Below are positions 46,560 to 56,542 of a DNA stretch of 64,000 bases, piece by piece; the first letter of the stretch is position 1; every line of letters starts with the position of its first letter. The notes beneath the pieces were generated by a model that was given only the letters and a program-made list of their open reading frames with translations, did not search any database and had not been told where the DNA came from. The DNA lies in the NCBI GenBank assembly GCA_009619075.1, contig WJOY01000012.1:8507-72506 (forward strand). Direction: 5' to 3'. The DNA is from Dehalococcoidia bacterium (GTDB lineage: Bacteria > Chloroflexota > Dehalococcoidia > GIF9 > AB-539-J10). The position numbers and the translations under genes were made by a program.

Positions 46560-48017
46560 ATGAAGAGTGTATCAAAGCAAATATTCTTGAATGCTCTCGT
46601 ATGCCCCACATTGGGATGGCTATTGAGGTCTGGGGAAGTTGCTAAGCAAATTACCAAGACAGAACTGACCCTGGGCGAGAGGTTTCGGATAGAGCAGGGA
46701 ATTGAGATTGGAAGGAGGGCAAGAGAACTCTACCCAGGTGGCTTATTAATAGATGACACGGATTTGGTGTCTGCTTCAAGGAAGACAGAAAGGTTGATGA
46801 ATGACCAAAATGTTTCGATAATCTTGGAGGGAGCCTTCCTTATTGACGGGTTTGTAGCTAGAGCAGATATATTGAGACGAAAAGGTAAAGGCTGGCATCT
46901 TGTTGAAGTAAAATCCAGCGTGAACGACAGAGAGGAATTCATAGATGACATGGCGTATACAGCTATGGTTGTTGACCGCTGTGGTTTTAATATCTCTAGT
47001 GTCTCGCTGTTATTAGTCTCCAAAGATTTTCGGTTAGGAATGGAAAACGAAGAACTTTTCGCGCAAATAGACCATACAGATAAAGTTCTGGTTCGAGTTG
47101 AGGAATTCAAACCTTTTTGGCAGCAAATCGAGGAAATAACCAGGACACCGGTAAAGCCAGAGCCCCGACTTCTATTTGAGTGCCGCAAATGCGAACTTTT
47201 CAAAGAGTGTCTAGGTAAAGATATTGATAATCATATATTCGACATTCCACGACTAAGTCAATCCAAATTCGACCAATTAGCAGAATTGGGAATAGTTTGT
47301 ATTAAGGCTATCCCAGATGGCTTTCCCTTGACCGAAAATCAAGCCAGGGTGAGGGAGTGTGTACAAACAAAGAATCCATTCGTTGGAGATAGACTTAAAA
47401 GTGAATTGACATCTATTTCATGGCCTGCTTATTATCTGGATTTCGAAACAGTTATGACAGCAATACCGTTATATCCCGATATCGCGCCTTATACTCAGAT
47501 ACCAACACAATACTCTATACATAAATGTTCTGATGTTGACCTTATCATTGATAACTTAGAATATTTAGCTGACCCAAGTAAGGACTGCAGAAGGGAACTT
47601 ACTGAGAATTTGATCAACAACCTTGGAGAAAATGGTAGTATAATTATTTATTCTAATTTTGAAAAGGCTGTTGTTAACAGCCTCGGGAGATTATATCCTG
47701 ACCTTTCAGAAAGACTGAATTCCTTGGTAGGACGGATGATAGACCTTGGAGCAATCATTGGAAGGAATTATTATCACCCGGATTTTCACGGAAGCACATC
47801 AATAAAGGTAACCCTTCCTGTTCTAGTGCCTGAGATGTCATATGATAATTTGGAAATTGCAGATGGCGATTCGGCTATGGCAGCTTTCGCCTATTTGGCA
47901 CTTGGCAAATATGAAGATGAGAAAGTCGAAGCAATAAAAAGGAACCTTTTGGAATATTGCAAACAAGATACACTAGCTATGGTTAAGTTACATCAACGAT
48001 TGACTGACTATGTATGA
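46560..48017 (+). CDS. DUF2779 protein (N-terminal PD-(D/E)xK/Cas4-like region, C-terminal RNase H-like domain)
   Basis: ARADIL..LVEVKSS, CRKCELF..C, YYLDFET, QIPTQYSIH, SIKVTLPVL, EYCKQDT. Confidence 0.85.
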   Translation: MKSVSKQIFLNALVCPTLGWLLRSGEVAKQITKTELTLGERFRIEQGIEIGRRARELYPGGLLIDDTDLVSASRKTERLMNDQNVSIILEGAFLIDGFVARADILRRKGKGWHLVEVKSSVNDREEFIDDMAYTAMVVDRCGFNISSVSLLLVSKDFRLGMENEELFAQIDHTDKVLVRVEEFKPFWQQIEEITRTPVKPEPRLLFECRKCELFKECLGKDIDNHIFDIPRLSQSKFDQLAELGIVCIKAIPDGFPLTENQARVRECVQTKNPFVGDRLKSELTSISWPAYYLDFETVMTAIPLYPDIAPYTQIPTQYSIHKCSDVDLIIDNLEYLADPSKDCRRELTENLINNLGENGSIIIYSNFEKAVVNSLGRLYPDLSERLNSLVGRMIDLGAIIGRNYYHPDFHGSTSIKVTLPVLVPEMSYDNLEIADGDSAMAAFAYLALGKYEDEKVEAIKRNLLEYCKQDTLAMVKLHQRLTDYV

Positions 48018-48027
48018 TCCTGCAAGT

Positions 48028-48070
48028 GATAGCAAAATTTATTTGGCTGCTTGCCTTCGGCACTCCGCAA
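48028..48070 (+). other. Eroded left arm of an attC-like site
   Basis: Gap-free similarity to 62876-62918 (tggctgcttgccttcggcactccgc vs tggcttcgtgccttcggcgctccgc). Confidence 0.55.
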
Positions 48071-48102
48071 GCATACAAAACAGTGATTAAGGAGAGTAAA
48101 CC

Positions 48103-49383
48103 ATGTCCAGAATAGCCATCCTTAGCGATGCACATCTTTTAATCCAAGCTGAGCGCTTTAGGGACGAGAACTACCGGTCTCCACGGGGAGAAATCTCGCT
48201 CAAAAATTTTAGCCAAGTTATCCGGCAAGTAATAGCGGAGGAACCTGAAGCGGTCATCCTTGCCGGTGATATGTTTGACGAGAGGGAAAAAGGAGGAGAG
48301 TGGATAGCGGATTCAGAAGCAGCCAAATACTGGCCCACTATTCGCAATGAACTAAAGCGCTTAACGGAATGCACTAAATATGGCATTTACGCCCTGAGAG
48401 GAAATCATGACTCTGCACCAGTGTTGAAAGAGCTTCAAGATTACCTGGGAGACAGATTCTGCTTTGTTAGAGATGAAGACAAGGAAATCGGCGACCAGCA
48501 CCTGTATTTCATGGAAACCCGCTATCGGCAGGGCACTTATAGAATCCCCGAGGAAGACCTTCCCAGGGAAGGGGAGTTGCTCATCATGCATGAAACCATA
48601 CCCTGGGGTATGCCTGGACTGGAGGAGAAGGTGTTTCAGGAGTTGGGCAAAAGGTTCTCTCTTCTATTTAACGGTCACATGCATCATTATGCCCAGGGTC
48701 CACTCGATATACCCCATCTTTATTCCCTGCCAGCCTTGATCCCATCGCAGGAGCTGAAAAATAATTTCACCATCAAATACCAATGGCCCGGCGATTTAGA
48801 CCACCCCGAAGTCAAAAACTCCCCCTTTGGCTATCTAATACTGGACGGTCATGAGATTTCATTCCAAAGATATACCCCTATACAGAACATAGTTAATGTT
48901 CGCATCGAAGGGAAAACTCCTCGCGATGTCGTCGCTGGAATCAACGAGGTCTATTCCAGACTGATGGAGCGGGAGGACAGGGATAATCTCTGGATATGGG
49001 TTTCCGCTCAAGGGGTCACTTTCAAGGACACTGTTCAAAAGGAAACCAATAAGTATTCCGAAATAAACACCATGAACATAGAGATCAAAGCGAGGAAAGA
49101 GCCTACCACGCATGCCGAATTAAAGGGACTGGAGAAGATGATAAGCCTGTCCGACCTGGAGGCAAAGGTGTTAACTTCCCTGCCCTGGCCCGATAGAGAT
49201 TTAGCCCAGAAGCTATTCGAGGAAATCTTCACCGCCGACAATTTATCCAGGAGAGCAGATAGCAACCTGGGAAGGTCTCTCTTTCAAAGGCTTCTGGAAT
49301 TATCCGCTCCTCATTACGGCGTGTCACCAGAACATGTAATTGACTTTCTTAAGACAGTAGACCCGCTGTGGAAGAGAAGGTAA
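48103..49383 (+). CDS. Mre11/SbcD-like metallophosphoesterase nuclease
   Basis: SDAH, AGDMFD, GNHD, GHMH motifs; upstream of an SMC-type ATPase. Confidence 0.88.
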   Translation: MSRIAILSDAHLLIQAERFRDENYRSPRGEISLKNFSQVIRQVIAEEPEAVILAGDMFDEREKGGEWIADSEAAKYWPTIRNELKRLTECTKYGIYALRGNHDSAPVLKELQDYLGDRFCFVRDEDKEIGDQHLYFMETRYRQGTYRIPEEDLPREGELLIMHETIPWGMPGLEEKVFQELGKRFSLLFNGHMHHYAQGPLDIPHLYSLPALIPSQELKNNFTIKYQWPGDLDHPEVKNSPFGYLILDGHEISFQRYTPIQNIVNVRIEGKTPRDVVAGINEVYSRLMEREDRDNLWIWVSAQGVTFKDTVQKETNKYSEINTMNIEIKARKEPTTHAELKGLEKMISLSDLEAKVLTSLPWPDRDLAQKLFEEIFTADNLSRRADSNLGRSLFQRLLELSAPHYGVSPEHVIDFLKTVDPLWKRR

Positions 49384-49389
49384 GGGAAA

Positions 49390-51714
49390 ATGAAACTGGC
49401 TAAGGTTGCTTTTGAAAACGTGATGGAACTGGAAGGCTCCATCGCCTTTCCCGAGGGGAGAGCTGTCGTTATCTATGGCGAAAACAAAGCCGGGAAGTCC
49501 AATATAATCCATGCTCTTAGGTATGCTTTCCTCAGCAAAGTAATAAGGCCCAGGAAAAGCCCGGGATACGATGAATTGAAGCTGGTGACAGGAAAAGAGA
49601 TAGCTCCTGCTGAGGGTGTGGGAAGGATACTGATAGAGTTCGAGCATAATGGTGAGCAATTTGAAATCCGCCGAGAAATCGACCGGTATAAGGATAACAA
49701 TAGAATTCTGAAAAAAGAGGCTGGAGGACTTCGAGAGCTTGATTTCAATAAGACCATAGGTAAGGAACTGAAGGCGGGATTGCTTGATGCTCTTTTCGCT
49801 CCGGATAGTGCTATGGGTTTCAATCACCTTAACGAGAAAAATATTGATGCCGTTATTCGGGAGTTATTCAAAGAGATTGGGAATGCCAAGGTGCTGGTTA
49901 AAGATTTCAAGCAGCGCGTGGAGAGACTGACGGAAGAGGCACAGGCAAAAGTCACCGGCATAGAAAGAGATTATAGCTCCTTCATAGGCGAATTGAAGGG
50001 AAATCTGAGAGAGTTACCCCTTGATTTGAGCAGCTTTGAAAGATATCAGCCTGGCAAGACAGCAGAGAAAATAAGCTGTGTCGGCGAGGAGTTGAAAAGG
50101 TACATTGATAGCATCGAGAAAGGCGAGCTCAAGGAATGGCTAAACGAAATGAGAAACCGGGCTAAGGTAGCAGAGGATGTGGAAGGGCTGCTTACTGATA
50201 GCTATCAGCTGACAGCTGACGGCTTTCGTAAGATGAAGGAGATTTCACAGGATGAGGAACGCTTGAGTCTGCTGTTGGCTGAACTTGGGGCGGTGAAGCT
50301 CGGTAGTCCTATGCCACAAGAACCGGGCAGGTTCTATGATGGCGAGTTAGATAATCGTGCCAGAATTTTTTATCAAAAACTTAGAGAGGCACAAACTCGT
50401 TATTCTAACGCCCTGTCTCTGGCTCAAGAGGAGAGAATTGACTTCAAGATTGATAATCCGGCGAGGGTTAGAAGCGACAAGGAGAAAGTGCTGCGGCTGT
50501 TGACCATGGACGTTGCCATCCCGGATGCACCCAGAGTCAAAGTTGACCTGGTCAAAATTGGTTCTGAGAGTGGTGAAGAATCTGTGCATGGACTTGTTCC
50601 CCTAAAACTCATGGACGAGGACCCTGCTTTCACCAAGCTGAGCTCAGAGCCAATTCCCGATGCACCCGAAGAGCACAAGAGGCAATATGCCGAAGCCCTC
50701 GGGAAAAGAATAGAGAAGTTAAGAATCATATGCGAGGATAAGGATAGGGCTGAGAGCTTCTTTAACAATGAGTTTACGCCCAGGCTTACTGACCTCAGCA
50801 GTTATGGCACTACCTTGATGGAAAGGGAAAAGGAGGAGAGAGAAAGGATTTCAAACCTGGCTAAGGACATATATAACAGACTGCTTCTATTCGCCCGGGA
50901 GGAAATTACAGTGCCTGCGTTGGAGTACGAGGGAGATGTAGAGCCATTCACGCTGGCCGTAAGACAAATTCTATCCCGTAAGAAGTCAGACTACACAGGG
51001 GATGTCAATGCCAAGGTGAAGTCTCTGGGCATACAGACAGAGGAGTTTAATACCCATGAGATGGATAGTCTTTTATGTCAACTTGCCGAGATGGAAAAAG
51101 GCATACCGCAATATAGCAGCACCTGGACTGACCTCACGAGGCAGAAAAGAAACGAGTGGGAAAACAACGATGCTGAATATGCCGATTTAGCCTATGTGCC
51201 TGCAGTGGTAGAGGGACTTAATAGAACCCTCGATACCATCTTACTTAACGCTTTTGATGAGCAGGAGGTAATACAGGGAATAAAAGAGATCATAGCTGAG
51301 ATAAATGACAAACTCATAGAAGAAGGGTTAGTAAATTCCTGTATTGAAATGGGCGAAGATAGCCTGCAGCTCAGCAGGACGACTTATAAAGATAGAGAGA
51401 TAACCCACCCCTGCGGAGCAGAAAGGTCCTTCTTTAGCCTGGCGGCACTGACTGCCCTGGCAATATATTTCAGGCTTCCTGTTATCATAGATGAAGCGGC
51501 GAATAACCTTGATAAGAAGCGCTTGCGAGACTTCATCTCGCTGATAAAGGAGTTTGCCGCTAGTTACGATGTTCAGTATATTCTCTCAATAAAAGAAACC
51601 GATGACTTTCCCCTTGATGGCTGGGTTCAGGAATTTGCCGATGACCTGCAAATATACCGCGTAGATTACGACGGCCACAAGAAACATATCAAGCCCATTG
51701 AGCTATATGTCTAG
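49390..51714 (+). CDS. Rad50/SbcC-like ABC-ATPase with coiled coil
   Basis: Walker A GENKAGKS, long helical region, deviant signature PCGAE, Walker B IIDE. Confidence 0.85.
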   Translation: MKLAKVAFENVMELEGSIAFPEGRAVVIYGENKAGKSNIIHALRYAFLSKVIRPRKSPGYDELKLVTGKEIAPAEGVGRILIEFEHNGEQFEIRREIDRYKDNNRILKKEAGGLRELDFNKTIGKELKAGLLDALFAPDSAMGFNHLNEKNIDAVIRELFKEIGNAKVLVKDFKQRVERLTEEAQAKVTGIERDYSSFIGELKGNLRELPLDLSSFERYQPGKTAEKISCVGEELKRYIDSIEKGELKEWLNEMRNRAKVAEDVEGLLTDSYQLTADGFRKMKEISQDEERLSLLLAELGAVKLGSPMPQEPGRFYDGELDNRARIFYQKLREAQTRYSNALSLAQEERIDFKIDNPARVRSDKEKVLRLLTMDVAIPDAPRVKVDLVKIGSESGEESVHGLVPLKLMDEDPAFTKLSSEPIPDAPEEHKRQYAEALGKRIEKLRIICEDKDRAESFFNNEFTPRLTDLSSYGTTLMEREKEERERISNLAKDIYNRLLLFAREEITVPALEYEGDVEPFTLAVRQILSRKKSDYTGDVNAKVKSLGIQTEEFNTHEMDSLLCQLAEMEKGIPQYSSTWTDLTRQKRNEWENNDAEYADLAYVPAVVEGLNRTLDTILLNAFDEQEVIQGIKEIIAEINDKLIEEGLVNSCIEMGEDSLQLSRTTYKDREITHPCGAERSFFSLAALTALAIYFRLPVIIDEAANNLDKKRLRDFISLIKEFAASYDVQYILSIKETDDFPLDGWVQEFADDLQIYRVDYDGHKKHIKPIELYV

Positions 51715-51722
51715 TGTCATCT

Positions 51723-52170
51723 TGTCGTTGCGAGGCATAGCCGAAGCAATCCCCTCTCCCTTGACCCCATAATGTCACTACGAGCCCCCTTTTCTGTCAT
51801 TGCGAGCCGCAGGCGAAGCAATCCCCCTCTCCCTTGACGGGAGAGGAATAAGGTGAGGGTGAAAAATAGTGAGGCGTCTCCCACCATCATTACGAGCCCC
51901 CTCTCGTCATTGCGAGCCAAAGCGAAGCAATCTCTTTTACAATTAAAAATGTAGTGCGAGGCTTTAGCCTCGTGCACGACCCTAAAGGGTCGCACTACGA
52001 AAATCTTGGAGGCGAAGATTATTAAAACAGGAGAGGAGTCCTTCCAAATTTGTGCCAACTGTCATTCTGAGCGCGGCGAAGAATCTCCCCGTCCCAAGCC
52101 CTTCACTCTCTGTCATTCTGAGGGAGAGAAGCGACCGAAGAATCTCGCTCAGGACAGGCTCCGCGAGGGA
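51723..52170. repeat. Large REP-like palindrome cluster
   Basis: tgtcattgcgag..gaagcaatc three times, GTAG REP at 51951-51998, tgtcattctgag..gaatctc twice. Confidence 0.9.
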
Positions 52171-52183
52171 ACTCGACAAAACA

Positions 52184-52322
52184 ATCTCAAAACTGAACCC
52201 CACCCCACAAATGAAAACTGGCTTCGCTGTAACGGTGATATAATAGATATATTAAAGATACAGGATGATACAAAGCAGGCCAGACCAAGCAAGCACGGAG
52301 TTCCTATATTTCAGCGTCAGGT
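52184..52322 (+). repeat. Family A promoter + attI-like element, copy 3 (diverged)
   Basis: ctcaaaactgaaccc...gatatattaaagata...caggccagaccaagc..gcacggagttcctatatttcagc-GTCAGGT. Confidence 0.7.
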
Positions 52323-52456
52323 GATCTCTTTTTGAGCAGTTTGAAGGGGGGTGATGAGGATGAGACGCTGCTAGATGTAGGACGAGGATAAGTTCTTGTA
52401 TCCTTTGGCAGAAAACGGCTATGGCGGAGGAAAAGTTAGCATAAGGAGGTGCGGAT

Positions 52457-52921
52457 ATGTCGGCGAAAGTTATCGTTGTTTATGACTCAAAGTATGGTAA
52501 CACTAAACTCGTAGCAGAAACAATCGCAGCAGGTACGAGACAAGTTGAAGGAATGGAAACTGTCGTCAGTGGAGTCAAAGAGGTTGACCTTAACAGAATC
52601 CCCGATTATGACGTGATTTTAGTAGGCTCTCCGAATCATATAGGTGGGCCAACCAGGGGTATCAAGAAGTTTATTGACAAACTTGGCAAGCTTCCCTTAG
52701 AGGGGAAAATGTTTGCTGTTTTTGACACATACCTTGGAAAAGACTTCGAAAAGGTAGTGAAGAAAATGGAGAGGAGGATAAGCGAGAAGATCCCTGGACT
52801 GAAACCAGTGGCTCCCGGCTTATCAATAAGAGTTGAGGGGATGAAGGGTCCGATTTCAGAGGGCGAGCTTCCCAAGTGCAGGGAGTTTGGAAAGAAAATA
52901 GCAACTCAAATAAAAGCTTGA
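52457..52921 (+). CDS. Flavodoxin-family protein
   Basis: VVYDSKYGNT, LVGSPNH, FAVFDT. Confidence 0.9.
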   Translation: MSAKVIVVYDSKYGNTKLVAETIAAGTRQVEGMETVVSGVKEVDLNRIPDYDVILVGSPNHIGGPTRGIKKFIDKLGKLPLEGKMFAVFDTYLGKDFEKVVKKMERRISEKIPGLKPVAPGLSIRVEGMKGPISEGELPKCREFGKKIATQIKA

Positions 52922-53053
52922 CTTATTTCCATAGGTGGCTAACACTGAATAAAAGAGAAATGGAAACATTCCCCCAACTCTCGACAATTCAGGACCTCTT
53001 TTATCCTCAAAATGGTTAGTAAGATGGACAACACTCCATCGGGGGGCAGAAAA

Positions 53054-54550
53054 ATGGGACAGAAGTCAATAATTATCGTTGGTGCTGGTGTCGCCGGCCT
53101 ATCAGCGGGGTGCTATGGCCAGATGAACGGCTACCACACCCAGATCTTCGAGCTACAGAATAAACCAGGCGGCCTGTGCACCTCCTGGCAGCGCAAGGGA
53201 TACACCATTGATGGCTGCCTGCACTGGCTAGTTGGCTCTAGCCCGGCAAACAACTTCTACCGCATTTGGGAAGAGTTGGGCGCGGTGCAGGGGCGGCGTA
53301 TGATTGACCATGATGAGTTTATGCGGATTGAGGGCGCTGGTGGCAAAGTCTTTATCCTCTATACAGACATTGACCGCTTAGAGCAGCACATGAAGGAGCT
53401 TGCTCCGACGGACAAGGAGGTGATCGAAGAGTTCATTGAAAGCATACGTGCCTGCACTCGCTTTGACCTACCAATCGGAAAAGCGCCTGAGTTATATGGT
53501 CCCCTTGATGGGCTTAAGCTGCTATCTAAAATGTTCCCTTCCCTGAAAGTTATGAGGAAATGGAAAAAGATTCCTGTCCAAGAATTTGCCCAGCGGTTCA
53601 GCGACCCCTTCCTGCGCGAAGCTTTCCCTCTTTCCTTTGACCTTCCTGATTTTCCCATGATGGGTATGCTGATGACTCTGGCCTGGATGCACAAGAAGTC
53701 GGCTGGCTATCCCATAGGCGGCTCACTGGAGTTTTCCCGTGCCATCGAACGGCGCTACCTCGACCTAGGAGGCGCGATTCACTACCGTTCACCGGTAAGC
53801 AAAATCCTGGTAGAAAAGGATCAAGCTGTAGGTGTGCGATTGGCTGATGGCACGGAGCACCGTGGTGATATCATTATCTCTGCCGCCGATGGTCACTCAA
53901 CTATTTTTGACATGCTGGAGGGAAAGTACATCAATGACAAAATTCGGGGGTACTACGATAAACTGCCCATCTTCCCTCCACTTGTTCACGTAGCGCTAGG
54001 TGTGGCGCGGTCTTTCGAGGGATTGCCACATTCTATAATCTACCCTCTTGAGGAACCAGTGACTATTGCCGGGCAGGAATACAAGTCGGTAGGTGTGGAG
54101 ATTCACAACTTTGACCCCACCCTAGCCCCGCCAGACAAGACGGTGCTCAAAGTCATGTTCCTTTCCGATTATGACTACTGGAAAGAGCTGAGACAGAACT
54201 CTGCTCGCTACCAGGCGGAGAAGGATAATATTGCTGATAAGGTGACTGCTATACTCGATCAGCGTTTCCCTGGGCTGGCTGGTCAGGTTGAGATGTGTGA
54301 TGTAGCTACGCCCATGACCTGGGAGCGCTATACCGGCAACTGGCGAGCCAGCTTTGAGGGCTGGCTAATCACCACGAAAACCTTTGGCATGCGCATGAGC
54401 AAAACTTTGCCCGGGCTCAAGAATTTCTACATGGCCGGGCAGTGGGTTATGCCAGGGGGTGGTGTGCCCACGGCAGCTATGTCAGGCCGCAATGTAGTTC
54501 AGATCATCTGCAGCCAAGATAAGAAGCCATTTGTGGTAAGCATTCCATAA
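53054..54550 (+). CDS. Phytoene desaturase-family FAD oxidoreductase
   Basis: IVGAGVAGLSA, PGGLCTSW.RKGY.IDGC, ATPMTWERYT, AGQW..PGGG. Confidence 0.9.
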   Translation: MGQKSIIIVGAGVAGLSAGCYGQMNGYHTQIFELQNKPGGLCTSWQRKGYTIDGCLHWLVGSSPANNFYRIWEELGAVQGRRMIDHDEFMRIEGAGGKVFILYTDIDRLEQHMKELAPTDKEVIEEFIESIRACTRFDLPIGKAPELYGPLDGLKLLSKMFPSLKVMRKWKKIPVQEFAQRFSDPFLREAFPLSFDLPDFPMMGMLMTLAWMHKKSAGYPIGGSLEFSRAIERRYLDLGGAIHYRSPVSKILVEKDQAVGVRLADGTEHRGDIIISAADGHSTIFDMLEGKYINDKIRGYYDKLPIFPPLVHVALGVARSFEGLPHSIIYPLEEPVTIAGQEYKSVGVEIHNFDPTLAPPDKTVLKVMFLSDYDYWKELRQNSARYQAEKDNIADKVTAILDQRFPGLAGQVEMCDVATPMTWERYTGNWRASFEGWLITTKTFGMRMSKTLPGLKNFYMAGQWVMPGGGVPTAAMSGRNVVQIICSQDKKPFVVSIP

Positions 54551-54584
54551 ATCTGATCCGAGATTTAGGGATAAAGGCTTGTCC

Positions 54585-54912
54585 CCCTCCGCAGAGTTTA
54601 TCTCGAGCGAGATTCTTCGGTCGCTCTGCTCCCTCAGAATGACAGGAGGCGAAGGGCTCAGGGCTTAGACTCACCCTTGCAATGACATAGTGATGGCAGT
54701 CCCGTGGTTATATTCCTGGCTTTTATGAGCTATAATTCAGTTTATGTAGGAGGTACCATAGTTCAAGGGTTAAGCTAAACCAATTTTCACGGAGGGTGTT
54801 TATTTGGTACTCTAAATTAAGTGGAGAGTGTTGAGATTCTTCCCCTTCATTTCGTTCAGGGCTCTGGCTCACACGCTCAGAATGACAGGGGGGCGAAGGA
54901 CTCACAATGACA
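54585..54912. repeat. REP-like palindromes
   Basis: agattcttcggtcgctctgctccctcagaatgaca; gagattcttc..ctcagaatgacagggggg. Confidence 0.8.
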
Positions 54913-54951
54913 AGTAGCATTAGTAAACGCTTTCCGTCATAGGAGGTAAAA

Positions 54952-56526
54952 ATGAAAGTAAGCACAGTGGCTCAGATGGGAAATTTGGACAAGTCTGCCA
55001 CAGAGGAATTTAGCATCTCACAAGATCTTTTGATGGAGAATGCTGGCCAAGCGGTATATTTCGTCATATTGAAGGAATTTGGAGTAAAGAATAAGAGGTT
55101 CGTCGTTTTTTGTGGCATAGGTAATAACGGTGGAGATGGGCTGGTTGTTGCCCGGAAGATTCACTCCAATGGCGGAGAGGCGAAGGTCCTTCTTTTAGAT
55201 GACGAAACTAAATTTAAAGGGATAGCAAAAAGGAACTTCGAGATAGTATCAAAGATGCCAATAGAGATTTCTAAGGTCAGTTCAAATGAATCCATAAGAG
55301 CCGCCATTCATAACTCCGATGCCATTGTGGATGCCATATTTGGCACAGGCCTTACCAAGAAGGTCAGCGGAACATACAAGGATGTCATTCAAATGATAAA
55401 CGAGAGCGAAAAAACAGTGTTCAGCGTTGACATTCCTTCAGGAATAAATGGCGATACAGGAGAAGCGATGGGTATAGCCGTTAAGGCGAATTACACCATA
55501 ACATTTGGGCTTCCCAAGATAGGAAACATGCTTTATCCCGGCTATGAGTACTGTGGGAAATTGTATCTCTCACACATCTCTTTCCCACCTTCGCTCTATA
55601 ATGCTGACTCCATAAAAGTAGAAATAAACAATCCCGTAGAGCTTCCTAAAAGAGATAAGAATGCTCATAAAGGAGATTTTGGTGAGGTTCTCTTCATTGC
55701 CGGTGCTTCAAGTTACTTTGGGGCACCGTATTTCTCCGCTTTGTCTTTTCTTAAAGCAGGAGGAGGATATTCCCGCCTGGCTACGCCTATATCCATCTCG
55801 TCATTCCTGGCAAATAAAGGGAGTGAAATCGTCTTCATTCCTCAAAGGGAGACACCATCAGGAAGCATAGCATTAAAAAATAAGGATGAATTGCTCAAAC
55901 TTTCGGAGAAGGTAGATATGGTGGTTATGGGCCCAGGCATTTCCCTAAATAAGGAGACTCAGGAATTGGTAAGGCAATTGGCACAAGAGATAAAGAGGCC
56001 TTTGCTTATAGACGGCGACGGAATTACCGCTATCTCAAAAGATATAGAAATAATTAAGAACAGGAAGGCAGAAACGATTCTTACACCTCATATGGGCGAG
56101 ATGTCGAGAATTACAAAAATGGAGATAAGTGAGGTAAATAAAAACAAGATAGGCTTTTTGCAGCGCACAGCAAAGGAACTCAATGCCATGATTGTCTTAA
56201 AGGGGGCTCATTCGCTTATAGGCTATCCAGACGAGACTGTTTTTATCAATATGAGCGGGAATCCTGGTATGGCGACAGCTGGGAGCGGCGATGTCTTGAC
56301 AGGAACGATCGCTGCTATGTTTGGTCTGGGGTTATCCCTTAGAGATGCGGTAAGAATGGGTGTGTTTCTCCACGGATTTTCTGGAGACCTGGCCGCAGCG
56401 GATAAAGGTGAGGATGGAATAACTGCCCAGGATATACTGGATTATCTCCCTGCCACGCTAAAGCGTTATAGACAGGATTTCGATGAAATCTCCGGAAATT
56501 TCTACGAGAGCATCTTTCTAGTATGA
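54952..56526 (+). CDS. nnr: Bifunctional NAD(P)HX epimerase/dehydratase
   Basis: LMENAG, GNNGGDG, DAIFGTG, DIPSG, HKGDFG, TPHMGE, AGSGDVL. Confidence 0.96.
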   Translation: MKVSTVAQMGNLDKSATEEFSISQDLLMENAGQAVYFVILKEFGVKNKRFVVFCGIGNNGGDGLVVARKIHSNGGEAKVLLLDDETKFKGIAKRNFEIVSKMPIEISKVSSNESIRAAIHNSDAIVDAIFGTGLTKKVSGTYKDVIQMINESEKTVFSVDIPSGINGDTGEAMGIAVKANYTITFGLPKIGNMLYPGYEYCGKLYLSHISFPPSLYNADSIKVEINNPVELPKRDKNAHKGDFGEVLFIAGASSYFGAPYFSALSFLKAGGGYSRLATPISISSFLANKGSEIVFIPQRETPSGSIALKNKDELLKLSEKVDMVVMGPGISLNKETQELVRQLAQEIKRPLLIDGDGITAISKDIEIIKNRKAETILTPHMGEMSRITKMEISEVNKNKIGFLQRTAKELNAMIVLKGAHSLIGYPDETVFINMSGNPGMATAGSGDVLTGTIAAMFGLGLSLRDAVRMGVFLHGFSGDLAAADKGEDGITAQDILDYLPATLKRYRQDFDEISGNFYESIFLV

Positions 56527-56542
56527 AAAGGGGGCTGAAAAA

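Noticed and set aside
51723..52170. Possible CRISPR array
   Set aside because: The repeats vary in length, sequence and orientation, lack regular spacers, and no cas1/cas2 is present.
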